A DNA stretch of 63,614 nt, filler included, from Welwitschia mirabilis (GCA_051453625.1; 4 parts of one record of this genome joined end to end with filler, not necessarily neighbours in it); one strand, 5' to 3'. Positions 1 to 15,348 are shown, numbered from the whole stretch's first letter. Notes: a model not told the origin generated them from the letters alone. Numbers and translations are program-made.

Positions 1-2515
1 AAGGGAGGCGGAGGGGTGAATAAAGAATGTGCATTGATTTTAAAAAACTTAATGAGATTACTAAAAAAGATCATTTCCCTTTACCCTTGATTAATCAAGT
101 ACTTGATAGAATCCAAGGTCACGCCTATTATTATTTCTTTGATGGGGATAGTTGCTATAATCAAATTGGTATAACAAGTGAAGAACAATCTAAAACAACT
201 TTCACCTCTTTTTTTAAAACCTTTTCTTTTAAACGAATGCCTTTTGGACTTTGTAATGCCCCTGCAACCTTTTAATGAGTCATGATAGGGATATTTTCTC
301 ATATAATATAAGATTATATTGAAATTTTTATGGATGACTTCTTTATCTTTGGTGATACTTTTGAACAAAATATAGTCAAATTAGAGAAAGTACTATATTA
401 ATGTATTAAGAGTGGCTTAAATTTAAGTTAGAAAAAGAGTTTTTACCTTTTTTAACATGAATTTATTTTAGGTTATCAAATTTTAAAAATGGAATTAGAA
501 TGGACTTCGCAAAAGTTAATATCATTAAGAACCTTAATCCTCAAAGTAATGTCAAATAAGTTAGATCTTTTCTTGGTTATGATATTTTTTGTTTATGATT
601 CATTGATTAGTATACTAGAATTTGTAAACCTCTTTACTTCTTACTTGAAAAAGATATTAAATTTGATTTAAATGACTCATGTTAACTCACATTTAAAACC
701 CTCAAAGAAAACATTTCTTCTGGATCTATTATCATAGGTTCTGGTTGGAGTAAAGACTTTGAAATTATGTGTGATGCAAGCAATATTTTTGTATGAGGGA
801 TTTTTAGTCAAAAATATGAAAATGATTTCAAAGTGATATTTTATCTTAGTAAAAATTTATCCCGAGCATAATCTAACTACACTACCACCGAGATAGAAAT
901 GCTTGCCATTATCGTTTTCTTAGATCTTCTTGGTTTTTACATTAATGTTTACACAAATCATGCAATCATCCACTATCTTATGACTGAAAAAATACTATAG
1001 CACTAGATTTATTAGATGGATCTTTCTTATGTAAGAATTTAATCTTATCATCATTAATAAGGCTATAACCATTATAGTATTTTTGATCATCTATCTCTAT
1101 TTTCTTACTCTCATGATGAAACTTCCATTAATGATTCTCTTCTTAATGAGCAAATCTTTATGATTACTCATCTTTTCATATTACTCTTTGGTATGTTGAC
1201 ATTATGAACTACTTTGTGACTATGAAAATTCCTCAACATTGGAATCATAACCAATGTAAATTTTTTTTTCATGGGTAGTGACTATGAGTAGAATAAGCCC
1301 CATCTTTATAGATGTTTCAAAGATCAAATTATACATAAGTATGTATCTAAGTAGAAAACTTTAGAAATCTTAAAACTTTACAGTTGTGGAGTATGTGGAA
1401 GATACTTTAGTGGTTAAAAGACCACCATGAAAAATCTTCACTCTGGTGTTTATTAACCTACTCTTTTGAAAGGCTTATTTGAATTTTCTAGGAAGTGTGA
1501 TGTATGCTAATGCTATGGTAGCCTAGCTCATTCTTATGTTATACTCCTCAAACCTATACTTGAATGTAAACATTTTGATTATTGGGAAATTGACTTTGTA
1601 GAACCAATTACACCACATTTCCATAAGAAAAATTATATCCTTGTAGTTGTAGATTATGTTAATAAATGAGTTGAAGTTGTTCCTACTACCAAAAATGATT
1701 CTTGAACAACTTGCAACTTTGTTTGAACTTATATCTTTTAATAATTTGATTTTCCACAAATTATAATTAATGATTAAGAAATGTATTTCATCAATCACTT
1801 TTTTTGAAAATGTTTTTCATCCATTAGTGTTAAACATAGAATTGCTTATGCCTATCATCCTCAAACTATTGATCAAACTAAAAATGCAAATAGATAAATC
1901 AAAAAAATTCTTCAAAAATTAGTCTCTGTTAATAAGAAAACTTAGTCCTCTAAAATTAATGATGTTTTTTAAGTTTATCATACTACTTGTAAAAATTCCC
2001 TAGGTTTCTCATTCTATGAACTTATGTACAATGAAGTGTATGAATTACTAGTTGATGTTTGCTATAATTCTTATTAATCCACCCATTAACTTAACCTTGT
2101 AGACTTGAATGATAATCTTAAAATTTGATTAGCCCAACTTGATCATTTAGATGAAAACTATACTTGTTATTTACATTGCCAACTAATTTATAAAAGTCAA
2201 GATAAGCTTAGACATAATAAAAATATTAGTCATAAATAGTTTAAACCTAGTCAACTTATCCTTTTGTATAACATTCAAGTACATCTTTCACATAACAATT
2301 TAACTTCTAATTGGTTAGGTCCTTATCTTATAGAAAAAGTACACTTAAATAACTTAGTTTAAATCTTCAATCTAAACAATAGATAAATCTAAAAGGTTAA
2401 TAGACAAATGTTAAAAATTTATGATTTATCTCCTGATAAAACATTAAACATAATAGAAGTAGTTGTTTTGGAAGCTTCTCTTCATGTAGAGGACCTTCCT
2501 TTTGCCATTATCTAA
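1..2515 (+). pseudogene. Degenerate gypsy pol (RT, RNase H, integrase) of element #1
   Basis: ORF 27-275 is an RT fragment. Downstream RNase H (YTTTEIEMLAI) and integrase (AYHPQT) motifs are broken by stops and frameshifts. It ends ...IIX-stop at 2513-2515, as do elements #2 and #3. Confidence 0.9.
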
Positions 2516-5069
2516 ATTCTTTCTTAACTCGTTCCTTAGGTAAATATCATATTATTACTTGAATATCTTTAAGTTGACATATGTATTTATTTATGAAGTT
2601 TCCATAATTAGTAATATTTTACTGGGGCATTTTCAATAGTGAGATTTGCTTCATGCAATCTTTAGACATTCGTATGTCTATGAGCTTTATTTTAGAAGGA
2701 AGATGTCTTAGTTATTTTGTTCTCTTTAATGATGTAAGTAATTAGTTATTTTTGAATGTTCTTACTTTGTTACTCATCTCATTCATTTACTTTTATCCTT
2801 ATAAGTACCTGATCATGTGAAATGATGTTAAAAAAAAAGGTAAAAAGGAAAAAATTGAAAGAGAGAAAGAAATAAAGACCATGATATTTCATGTTACATC
2901 TCCAAAATATGGTTATAATGATNNNNNNNNNNNNNNNNNNNNNNNNNNNNNNNNNNNNNNNNNNNNNNNNNNNNNNNNNNNNNNNNNNNNNNNNNNNNNN
3001 NNNNNNNNNNNNNNNNNNNNNNNNNNNNNNNNNNNNNNNNNNNNNNNNNNNNNNNNNNNNNNNNNNNNNNNNNNNNNNNNNNNNNNNNNNNNNNNNNNNN
3101 NNNNNNNNNNNNNNNNNNNNNNNNNNNNNNNNNNNNNNNNNNNNNNNNNNNNNNNNNNNNNNNNNNNNNNNNNNNNNNNNNNNNNNNNNNNNNNNNNNNN
3201 NNNNNNNNNNNNNNNNNNNNNNNNNNNNNNNNNNNNNNNNNNNNNNNNNNNNNNNNNNNNNNNNNNNNNNNNNNNNNNNNNNNNNNNNNNNNNNNNNNNN
3301 NNNNNNNNNNNNNNNNNNNNNNNNNNNNNNNNNNNNNNNNNNNNNNNNNNNNNNNNNNNNNNNNNNNNNNNNNNNNNNNNNNNNNNNNNNNNNNNNNNNN
3401 NNNNNNNNNNNNNNNNNNNNNNNNNNNNNNNNNNNNNNNNNNNNNNNNNNNNNNNNNNNNNNNNNNNNNNNNNNNNNNNNNNNNNNNNNNNNNNNNNNNN
3501 NNNNNNNNNNNNNNNNNNNNNNNNNNNNNNNNNNNNNNNNNNNNNNNNNNNNNNNNNNNNNNNNNNNNNNNNNNNNNNNNNNNNNNNNNNNNNNNNNNNN
3601 NNNNNNNNNNNNNNNNNNNNNNNNNNNNNNNNNNNNNNNNNNNNNNNNNNNNNNNNNNNNNNNNNNNNNNNNNNNNNNNNNNNNNNNNNNNNNNNNNNNN
3701 NNNNNNNNNNNNNNNNNNNNNNNNNNNNNNNNNNNNNNNNNNNNNNNNNNNNNNNNNNNNNNNNNNNNNNNNNNNNNNNNNNNNNNNNNNNNNNNNNNNN
3801 NNNNNNNNNNNNNNNNNNNNNNNNNNNNNNNNNNNNNNNNNNNNNNNNNNNNNNNNNNNNNNNNNNNNNNNNNNNNTGTTTCCTCAAGTGATTCTATGAT
3901 TGTTATCAAGGGAATTTATTAGGATAGTATTTAGGATAAGAAAGCAATCTTCTTCATGTTCCTAGTTGTCCATTTTTATTTGTGTCTTTCTTTAGTTACT
4001 GTATCGAATTTTTCAAAGTTATTTTCCATACTTTTTCAGCATCATATTATGGATATAATCATTTTCTAGTTCCTTTTTGATATTTATCCATAATTTTTCT
4101 AGAGGATTATTGTTTTCTTTCTAATAGGTTCTCATGATTTAATGAGTTTTAGTTCTTATTTTCCCTGAGTTCGAGCACTTTTAAGGAGTTTTTGAGCATT
4201 GCTTATTTTTACTTAGTGCATTTTCTTCTATTATCACCTTTTTTTTCTTTACCATAAGAATTTTCTTTAGGATTTTTCTTTGCTTTTTGCTATTTTCTGC
4301 TTTCTTTCTTTTATTTTTTTGTGTTTGCTTATTTTTTGGATTTTTCTAGTTTATTTTTTTCCTCTGAATAGCTTATTTAATGAATGTCATTCCATACATG
4401 TGGTCATAATGATAGAGGAGATGACACTCCTCCTTTATGCTTGATGTAATTCAGGATGTCTTACTTCTCTTATGGGCTAGGACATATTTCTAGGCATTAT
4501 TCTATAATTTTTAGTATAACTTTTTCATATTCTGAGCTTTTACAATCTAAATTTATGATGGATGTTTGGATTTTTTTTCATGTTAATAAATTTATCAAGA
4601 ATTCATGAAATTTATCTTGTAAGATTTAGCAACATACTCATATGTTTTTTCATAGCCATGTTTTCTAAAAGAATGTTAATCTACTCTTGTCCTTTGCTCT
4701 TATGATGACATGAAAGAACTTAAATACATCAATTTTTTAGAATATAGTACTTAAGTTTATCACATTAATCCATTATCACTGTTTCTGTAATATGCTTAAA
4801 AATTTTCATTCCATTAACAATCAAAGTTAAACTTTTATAATTTCTATATGTGTATAGCATTCATTTATTCTATAGTAACATGCTTAAGTAGGGGCTTAGG
4901 AAAACTTTTTATCATTTGTATCAGTTATTTATTAGTGATATCATTTCTTATAGGATTTAATGGAACTTAATTTATACATTTTTAGCAATGTTTTCTCTTA
5001 AACAAATTGGCTTGCAATCTAGTTGATTGCTTACTTTATCAGAGACTGACAAGGCTAAGTGGGGGACTA

Positions 5070-6295
5070 TGTTGCGATGCCAATTTATAGGAATTTGATG
5101 GGTATTTTGAGTTTTTATGTAGGACATTTACATAGGTTTAGACATAATACTAATAACTATGAAGATCTGATAGGATGATCAGTAAAACAAGAAATTTTTA
5201 GCATATTTGATGGTTTCTCAAGCTTATTCTGATACTACATATTTGAAAAAAAAAAAACCTCATGATATAAAAAAGTAATTTACATTTGAGATTGAAGATA
5301 AGAAAGACTATCATCTTTTATTTTGTCCCCATGACATGCAGGACAATAACACTACTAATATGGATAGAATCTATGAGGCTAAAAGTAGGGCATAAAGATA
5401 TTTTATGTAGGGTAACATCCCTCATGTCATCCAATGACAGTTGGAATGATAGCTATTTTTGTATGGTTAAAAAGAATATCTTTGTAATGGGGTCAAGCAA
5501 CTCATGTGGGCCATTAGAATTTCTTTTATTACTTTTAGGATTTAGTTTTTTGAACCTTAATGCAAACTATAAATATCCTTCTCCTCATTTATTTCTGTTT
5601 TCATCCTTTATACATGATATGCTAGTGATGGAAGATTAAAGGGAAAAAAAATCTATTCATAGCTACAAAAAGGGGCTCCCTTGATATTAGGCTGAGTCTC
5701 TTCCATTAAGATGTTATTATTCTATTTATAAGTGGATGCTAAGTTCTTGAGTTAATTCAAATACTCTTTTGAATCAATACAATTGCTATTTCATTTTCAT
5801 TCTATATATCCCTTATGATTTACATTGATCATAGTTTAAAGTGAGAACTCTGTGATATATCTAGATTATAACAACCTTTATTAATGTTGACCTTATTTGG
5901 TATTAGATTTGCATTACTTTTTCATTTAATTCACTTTACATTTTATATTCTACTTAGTAGATTTTAGAGTTTATGTTGGTTAAGAACTAGTTCAATATTC
6001 TTCTTAATTAATCAAGTTATAGAAAAGATAGTCCTTATGATAGAAGGATTAGGAACTAAGAGAGTTCATTTCATATCTATTTGCATTTTATTATCATTTA
6101 CTTATATTACATTATTTATTTATTTATTTACTTTTAGTTTTTATAATATAAAAGACCAAAAACATATTCAAAATTAATTCTCTAACTCTTAGCCTAGTGC
6201 CTTTATTGTAATTATGACATCATGTGAACTCTCATCTATACTAGTATGTATTTTCTGCAAATTATTTGATTTACAGGTTTACCTAAAGAACTTCA
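5070..6295 (+). repeat. 3' LTR of element #1
   Basis: Follows the PPT and starts TGTTGCGATGCC. TATA-like CTATAAATA at ~5568. Aligns to the reverse-strand LTR at 49718-50748. End at CA 6294-6295 is inferred from the switch to element #2 sequence. Confidence 0.75.
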
Positions 6296-7599
6296 AGATT
6301 ATATAAATTTAAAACACAATAATAGAAAATAGAAAATCATAACAAAAACCAAGAAAACCAAAGGAAAAAGGACAAATACTCATAAAAGAAAAAATTGTGG
6401 ATGAAAAAAATAAACTATCTAGATTGAAACCTATAAGAAAAACTACATAAATGTACCTGAATAGAAAATTGAAATCATGTTAGACTTAGAATACCATTAC
6501 CTACATGGAAACTTATAAAGACTCAAAAATGGAAAGATATTCTTTTACAATTTTTCAAATTCTTTTTAGAAAAATGATTTAATCATGATCAAATAGTAAT
6601 AAAACTACTAAATGATTAAGGCATTATAAAAGAGTAAAAAAATGCAAAAATAACTTTGAAACCCTAAGCTAAAAAACCAAAGAAAAATAGGGTAAAAATG
6701 GACACAAGGAACAAAAAGAATATTGTTTATCTATCTTAAGCACTAACCTAGCAAACTCCTAAGAAAAACATCATAACATTACTTAAGTAAATATGCATAA
6801 TAAAATATATTAAATTCATAAAGTTCATTCGATAAGGCAATGATTATGGCAATAGTTAGAGCTTCAAGTGTATATAACAATGAGTGTTAAATTCAAAAGT
6901 TACTTAGAAATAAACTCACCTACTCTTACCCTATAAACTCATATGAATATCTAAAAGTAAAATCAATAAGTTGAAATACTAAGAGTCTAAGAAACAAGTA
7001 ATGCCTCTTATGATACCAAGAACATCACTGATTCCTAACCTTAAATTTTATTTTTTATTTCATGATGAAGGGATGATGAAGGGAGTGCAACCACTATCAT
7101 AGGAGTAAAGACCCATGAAGCATGGCCAATTACCCCCCAGTGAATTTATCATAGCTATCAATACTATCAAAGGTTCCTTTCAAAAACATTTACTCTAGTG
7201 TAGTAGAACATCATGGTGATTATGTATTTTAATTTAAAGCATAATATAATAGCTCATGTTTATTATTTCTTTTGTTTTTCCTAAGAAAAATTCCCACATG
7301 TTCACATACTCAAAAAAGACAAAGGTAAATAAGTGAGATAAAAGATGGAAATAAACACTCCTAAATAATCTAAAACTTTAACACCATTTAAAAAAATATA
7401 AGAAACCAAGGCGTCTTCCTTCAAATGAAGTCTATAGATATGATAATGCCTTAAGATTAGATCAATCAACTATTACCACTTGTAAATATCCAAGTATAAA
7501 ACTAATCATAAAACTTCATAAAGTAATATACAAGTTAAGTTTGAAATATGATCAGGTAACATAATAATATTTGACCAAAGAAGTAGACTACGAAATAAC

Positions 7600-9663
7600 T
7601 TAGATAATGATAGGGAGGAAGTCCTCCTCATCAAGGAAAACTCTCAAAGCAAGTTCTTTTATCATGTTTATGATTGCATCTAAATATCCCACATATAATT
7701 TCAACTATTACCCATTAATCTTTTGAGTATATCAAGTTTTTAAATCTAAAATTTTAACTATGCCATTAAGAAATACTTTCTCTAAAAGATAAAGATTTAA
7801 CTATTTAGAAGTCAACTTATTATTCAAAAGATAAACTCTAGTATTATACAACATAATAAGTTAATCAGGTTTAAACTTTTTATAAAAAACCTTTTTATCA
7901 TGTTTTATCTTTACTTAATTTTTATTCATGAATTCTTTTTTCATCAATATGATCTAACTAGGATAATATATATTTAATATTTTTATCAAAATTCACAAGA
8001 CTAAGTTGATGAGATGCATGATATGAATTGTAACACACATCAACTGGTAATATGTAAACTTTACTATATACAAGTTTGTAAGGTGAAAAACCAAGAGAAG
8101 TACACAAGTAGTATAGTAAGCTTAAAGTACATCATTAAGCTTAGAAACTTAAGATTTTTTATTAATAGAAACAATTTTTTGGAGAATTTTCTTTATTTCT
8201 CTATTATCATTTTTATCTTGTCCATTAGTTTGAGGATAATAAGTATAATTTGCTCTATGTTTTATACTAATGGATAGAAAAAGTTTCTTAAAAAGTGCAT
8301 TAATAAAATGAGAATCCTAATCACTAATAATAACTTTGAGAAAATAAAATCTCTAAAAGGTATGACTTTTAAGAAAATGACAGATAGTTTGAGCATCATT
8401 CAAAGAAGTGGGTATGACTTCAACCCATTTAGTCATGTAATCTACAAACACTAAAATTTAATTTTTATCAAAAGAAGGTGGATGAATAGGACCTATAAAA
8501 TCAATATCCCTATAATTAAAAGGATCATACTCAATAATAGGTCTAAGAAACATTTCATATGAACTAATAAGGCTACTGTAAGGCTGACAAAAATCACACC
8601 TTTTAACAAAATCAAATGAATCATAAAAAAAGATGGCTAGTCAAAACTAGAATTGAGGATTTTCATCACAATTTTATGTCCACTAAAATATCCTTCATAA
8701 ACGTCATGATGACAAAGATAAAGGATCTTAGATATGTTCCGATTTGGCATATTTTTTCTCATGGTTTAATCTTTATACTTATAATACAAATGTGACTCGA
8801 TCCACTCANNNNNNNNNNNNNNNNNNNNNNNNNNNNNNNNNNNNNNNNNNNNNNNNNNNNNNNNNNNNNNNNNNNNNNNAAAATAGTTCACAATATTAGC
8901 CTACTATGGAGGAGGATAAGAAGAAAAGATAGTGAAAAGTTACTCATCAAGAAAGGAATCATCAATGATAGAATCATTTGGAGGAGAAGAAAGTCCAGAA
9001 AAGTGATTAATAATAGAATTATAATTCCATGCTTTGGTTTAGTTAAACTCTTACATAAGAAGGATCCATCTAATCAAATAGTCATTATAATGTTTCTTAG
9101 TCATAAGGTAACAAACGACAGCATGGTCTATGTAAATATTCATATGAAATCCTAAAAGATAATGTTTAAGAAAATCAAGGTAAAAGATAATGACTAGAAT
9201 CTCTTTATCTGTAGTGGTGTAGTTTATTTGAGCTTTAGACAAAGATTTACTATGATAAGATATAACTTCAAAATCATTCTCATACTTCTGACAAAGGATC
9301 CCACCCACAAAAAAGTTACTCACATTACATATAAGTTTAAAATCAAGTTTTCAATTAGGTCCCATCAGTATAGGAGCATATTATAATTTATGTTTAAACC
9401 TATTAAAAGCAAGTTGACAGGATTTATTTCATTCTAATTTATCTTCTTTGTCTATTAACGAGTAAAAGGGTTTACAAATAAAAGCATAATTACAAATGAA
9501 CTAATGATAAAATCACAATAATTAAGACAAGATAAGATCTATTTAACATTTATAGAAGGACTAAGATTTTGAATAATACCAACTTTAGAAGCATTCATTC
9601 TAATCCCCTTCAAAGAGATATGGTAACCTAAAACAATGCCGCTTTTTATAAGTAAAATACTTT
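7600..9663 (-). pseudogene. Second RT-end/RNase H/integrase block (paralogous to 9764-11370)
   Basis: ORF 9051-9323 repeats the RNase H segment of 10836-11036. Integrase runs on to a stop at 7600-7602. Confidence 0.85.
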
Positions 9664-9763
9664 NNNNNNNNNNNNNNNNNNNNNNNNNNNNNNNNNNNNN
9701 NNNNNNNNNNNNNNNNNNNNNNNNNNNNNNNNNNNNNNNNNNNNNNNNNNNNNNNNNNNNNNN

Positions 9764-12700
9764 CAAGTTTGTAAGATTAAAAACTAAGAGAAGTACGCCA
9801 AATAGTATGATAAGTGCAAAGTACATCATTAAGTTTAGAAGTCCAAGACTTTTTATTAATAAAGACAAGTTTTTGTAACATTTTCTTTATTTCTCTATTA
9901 GCATTTTCAGCCTGTCCATTAGTTTGAGGATGATAAGCATAAGCTACTCTATGTTCTATACCAATGAACAAAAGAAGTTTTTTAAAAATATAATCAATGA
10001 AATGAGTACCTTAGTCATTAATGATAACTCTAGGAAAACCCAATCTCTGAAAGATATGAGTTCTAAGAAAATGACAGATAGTTCGGACATCATCTAAAGA
10101 AGTAGGTATGGATTCAATTTATTTAGTCATGTAATCTATATCCACTAAAATGTAATTTTTATTAAAAGAAAGTGGATGAATAGGGCCTATAAAATTAATA
10201 CCCCAATAATCAAAAGGCTCATACTCAAGAATAAATCTAAGGAGCATTGCCTGTGAATGAACAAGGCTACCGTAACACTAATAAGGATTACACCTTCTAA
10301 CAAAATTAAATGAATCACCAAAAAGAGAAGGCCAGTAAAAACTAGAATGAAGGATTTTAATTATAGTTTTATATCCACTAAAATATCCTTCACAAACATC
10401 ACTGTGATAAAGATGAAGAATCTTAGATATCTTCCAATCAAGCACACATTTTCTCATGATTTGATCTTTGCACCTACAGTACAAATGTGGCTCGATCCAC
10501 TTATAGTCACCTATCCTATGGAGAAAAGATTTGCATTGGTTAGAATTCTAATGTTGTGGTGTTTTTATGATCACAAGATAGTTCACAATATTGGTAAACC
10601 ATGGAGGAGTATGAGAAGAAGAAATGGTGAAAAGATTCTCATTTGGAAAGGAATCATCAATGATAGTATCATCTAGAGGAGAAGGAAGTAGAGATAAGTA
10701 ATTGGTAACAAAATTATGCTTCCCTGCTTTATGTATGATGGTCAAGTTAAAATCTTGTATAAAAAGGATCCATTTAATCAAGCAAGCACCAAAATCTTTC
10801 TTAGTCATGAGGTAATGAATGGTAGCATGGTCAGTTCAAACATTTGTATGAAAGCCTAAAAGATAATGCCTAAGAGAATCAAGGAAAAAGATAATGGCTA
10901 GCATTTCTTTTTCTATAGTGATATAGTTCATTTGAGCTCTAAATAAAGATTTGTTGTGATAAGATATAACTTTAAAATTGTTCTCATATCTTTGACAAAG
11001 AACCCCACCCACAGTAAAGTTACTCGCATCACACATAAGCTTAAAATCAAGTTTCTAATTGGATCCTATCACTATAGGAGCATAAGATAATTTACATTTA
11101 AGCCTATTAAAAGTAAGTTGATAAGATTCATTCCATTTGAATTTGTCTTCTTTCTCTATTAATGAGTGAAGAGGTTTATAGATAGTAGCATAATCACGAA
11201 TGAATTGATGATAGAAACCACAATGACCAAGAAAAGATCAGATTTATTTAACATTTGTAGAAGGACTAAGATTTTGAATAATACCAACTTTAGAAGCATC
11301 CATTCTAATCCCCTTCAAAGAGATATGGTAACCTAAAACAATGCCACTTTTTATAAGTAAAATACTTTTTTCCTCACTCAAATGGAGTTCACTACAAATG
11401 CAATGGTCTAAGACTTTATATACATGATCTAAGATTTGTTCAAAGTTTTAACATAAATAGAGAAGTCATCTATGAAAATTTTAATGGCATTCCTAAGAAT
11501 ATCTGAAAATATATCCATCATAACATGCTGAAAAGTACCAGGAGAATTACAAAGTCTAAAAGACATGCATGTAAAAGTGAAAGTACCAAAAGAAGAAGTA
11601 AAAGTGGTTTTGACTAGGTTATCTCTAGCAATGAAAACTTGGTTGTAACTACTATAACCATCAAGGAAGTAGTGAAAATCATGACCCTGAATCCTATTAA
11701 GAATTTAATTAAGAAAAGGTAAAGGATAATTATCTTTTTTGATTATCTCCTTTAGTTTTGAAAAGTCTATACACATATGCCATTTTCCATCCTTTTTAGA
11801 AACTACTATTAAGGAACTAATTCACTAACTATTAGCAATAGAGTAAATGATTCTAGTATTCATAATTTTTATAATTTTATCTTTTACAATTTATTTAAAG
11901 GATCGATTATGTATATGTTAGTGGTACCTCATAGGTTTAGCATTTTATTTGAGGTAGATTTTATATTGCATAATGGAAGTAGGTATGACTGTCAAATCAT
12001 TATTGGATTTAGTAAACACATTTACCTTAGATTCTAAAAGATAGGTAAGACTAAATTATTATTAAGGGATAAGGTTTTTATTGATAATCAATGGTTTGTT
12101 TAGGTTAATATCTAGAAAAATGTATTTTAGTCCACTGTCTAAAGGTTTCAGGTTGTAGAAAATTCTTAGAAGAATAAGCTATCATCTTAAACTGTCATCT
12201 GGATATTAGTAGTGGATGTCTTCTCTTAAAATAAGAAATATTAGGTGTTCTAAATTCTTAGACTTCTGCATAGTTAACAAATTCAAACTTACTACTCTCT
12301 AGATCAGAAAACCTAGTTATCAGATGGTGAAACTCAAGTTGATTATTAAGAACATACAAGTAGCCTACTTCTAATTTATCATCAAACAAGATTGATTCAT
12401 GAAGTATGAACCATCTTTTCTCAAGTGGACAGTGTTGTAAAATAGAATTAGTCTAATTTCTTTTTTCAAACTCAAATTATTACCTAAATCTTTTTCAACT
12501 GCAAAAAATACTCTTATTAAAGATTGTTTATTTTAAAAATGGTACTTTATCAATCTGTTTCTTGTATCTATGATACTGTGGGCTATTACATAGAAATATT
12601 TACCTAGATATAAAGGATATCCACTATGGTGCTCAACTTCTAAAACAATTATATCAATGGGTAGGAAACTTTTTCTATCTAAATGACTAAGTCCTTGATC

Positions 12701-14870
12701 ATACTTAATGGTTTCTTCATAGAAGTATTAGCTAACTTCAAGATATTACATGTAGTTTCTACTCTTTCTACCAAATCAAGATGTTGACAAATGTGTAAAG
12801 ACATAATGTTAACACTAGCTCCAATATCTATTAAGGCTTTCTTTATTCTCTGATTTATCTCTAAAGTAACTCTTTTGATTGCCATTCCCGAATCTTTATG
12901 CTTTAGATATTTTTAGCACATTAAATTGATAACAAATTGAGCTAGGAAGACTTTACTAAGAATGGTTTATTTTTGTTTCCTTCTTAGTAATTCTCTCCAT
13001 AGCTTAAACTATCTTGGGTTTTCTTGCAAAATTTTTAAAATTGGTAAGTTAATATTCATATTTTATATTAAGGCTTTCAAATGATTATTAAAAATGGGGT
13101 TTATGTTAAGCCTATCAAACCATCAGGTAGCAAGTTTTCTTTGTAAAGTATCTTTCTTTTTATTGCTTAATGAAGAAGGGAAGGAATGGTTTTATAAGAT
13201 TTCTATGTCCTTTTTCTCATCATTCTTATCACTTTATAATATTAAAGCATTAAGGATAGAAGGGGTTGTATCATTTTCACTTCTTATCATTACTTTATAA
13301 TCTTTTCTTACTTTGTTATAATTTTATAAAGGTTAAATAACAAGAGATCCTTGTGGTCTTTGGTTTATAAGAATAGTTTATTATAAAATTCTCACAATAT
13401 TTTCTATAGTAATGTTTATTTTTTCTTATATTTTTTCAAATCCTCAATAGAATCCTTAAGAGAATCATTATGGTTTTATAAGTTAGATGGGTTTATCAAG
13501 TTGTTTGAGTTATTGGATTAAAAGTTTAAGTTCTTAAATCTAATTCTAAAAGGTTAGGAGCTAAGATGATGTGTTTGAAAATTTCTATAGTTTGATTGTT
13601 TACTTATCTTAAAAGCTATTGCAACTTTAGACTTATTCTTGGTTGTGGTTTTGGTTGTAGTTTAAAGGTCTTTGGTTAAAGGCATAAAATTCCTTATAGA
13701 TTTTTCTTTTATAGGCAGGAAGTAAGGGATAATCATTTGTAATAACCCTTTACAACATGGTAGCTATCTTCACACAAATCACAAGTCAGAACTATAACTT
13801 CACTCTTCTTGGTTGTCACTTTAGCATCAAGAATCATTTGACTATATTTATCTAAAGTAGAGATAAAATTATTAATAATATTAGTTGGTTTATTTTTTAT
13901 TCTTATTTTATTTTTTTCATCTTTTACCTCATTTAGATTTATAATGATTTAACATATAGTTTGGTTTTTTATAGGTGAGGATTTAGTCCAAGTTTGACTC
14001 ACTTCTACCAAATCTTTCCATACTTTTCAAGCATCATCTAGGATTTGGTTCAACAAGTTTCCTCCATAAAAGATCTACAAGTTTTTTTTATTTAACTATT
14101 TAATACACTATAAAAATAGTCAACTAGTTCTACCTATGAAAAGGCATCTATAGGGTTCAAATATAAAACAACAAATAATCACTCATAAGCAGATACATAA
14201 TCTTCATTAATCATTTGTTGGAAGTTGATAACTTCTTTCTTACATTTTTGGATGATGGTTTCACTCATAAATCTCTTAATGAAGGCTTCTTGAACTTGAC
14301 TCCAAGATTTTAGACTTTTGTTAGAAATCATTCTAAGCCATAGTTTTGCTTTATCTTGCAAAGTGATGGGAAAGATGATCAGATTAATTCTATTAGTTAT
14401 ACATTTTCTACCATTTCCAGAAGTAAGATAAGTTATTCTATATTGATGATGTATTATAAAAGATCTTCATTATGTTCTCCACTAAAAGTAGAATAAGCAT
14501 TTACGTTAGAGAGTTCTACATCATTACCAAGAGGTAAATCAAAAGGAGTTTAGATTTTCCATTTTTAATTCCTATAAGATCTCTAAGAGTGACATGAGTA
14601 TTAGTATGAAAATGAGTAGTATTAGGGATTTCAATCATAAAAGAAGGATTTGATGAGATAGTTTGTTTAAGCTTTTGGGCTTAAGTAGACATGGTAGCAA
14701 AATTGGACTCTACAAAAATAACAGTGGAAATTGTAGAAATTTCAAAATCTTGCATACCTTCATTGTTTTTACCTATTTCAATTTCTAGATTTATTAAGCC
14801 TTCTCTAATATTTTTAGCACTTAATAGCTACTCTCTATGGTACTTTTTTTTCTTACTAGATTTTATCATT
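9764..14870 (-). pseudogene. Degenerate gag-pol of element #2
   Basis: gag-PR-RT-RH-INT order. RT reads IVVSKKDGKWHMCIDF at ~11765-11810. Many stops. Confidence 0.85.
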
Positions 14871-15327
14871 CATGCTCAGTCTAAGATGAATAAAGTATTA
14901 TTCCTGTATTCATTTAGATGATATCCTAAATGATAAAAACACAGAAACCACAAGAAATGAAAAAGCAAAATATAGAAACAAAATACTGACTCTGAAGAAA
15001 AACTCAGAAAATAGATTATTGTTCAGCTGAGTTATCTGGATGACCAAAGAGACAATGAAACAAAAACCATAAACATTTTAATAGAAAACTAAAACAAAAA
15101 ACTCATAGCACAGAGGTCGTCATCATCACGCATTGTCTGGATGATGAAGCAAGTGACTTGCTTTTATTATAGAATTAAAAAATAGACTTAATTTGAAAAA
15201 TAAAAGATTGACTCTATAAAAATAAAAAACCTATGTACTGCAAATACCCCTATACTACTATTGTAGTAAGCATTTAAACTAGAAGACTCACCAAAGTAAT
15301 GACAAATCTTGAACTTCCAAGTAGCCT

Positions 15328-15345
15328 TCCCTGATAATGGTGTCA
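15328..15345 (-). promoter_or_regulatory. Primer-binding site, decayed tRNA-Asp type
   Basis: TGACACCATTATCAGGGA versus the Athila consensus TGGCGCCGTTGCCGGGGA; differences are G>A/C>T. Confidence 0.8.
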
Positions 15346-15348
15346 AGA

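Larger units (their letters stand above)
1..6295 (+). mobile_element. Athila-like Ty3/gypsy retrotransposon #1, 3' half (RT-RH-INT, 3' region, 3' LTR), decayed
   Basis: RT MCIDFKKLNEITKKDHFPLPLINQVLDR...MPFGLCNAPATF and FMDDF; RNase H MCDAS (~767); integrase core; PPT AAGTGGGGGA (5057-5066) then TGTTG LTR start. Right end approximate. Confidence 0.9.

Noticed and set aside
1..26. GGAGGGGTGAATA resembling a reversed Sirevirus LTR end
   Set aside because: It reads in frame as GE*RMC of the RT and is too short to call.
2779..3922. Long ORFs of 324-376 aa
   Set aside because: They are read-through of the 954-N gap. The same applies to the other X-rich ORFs.
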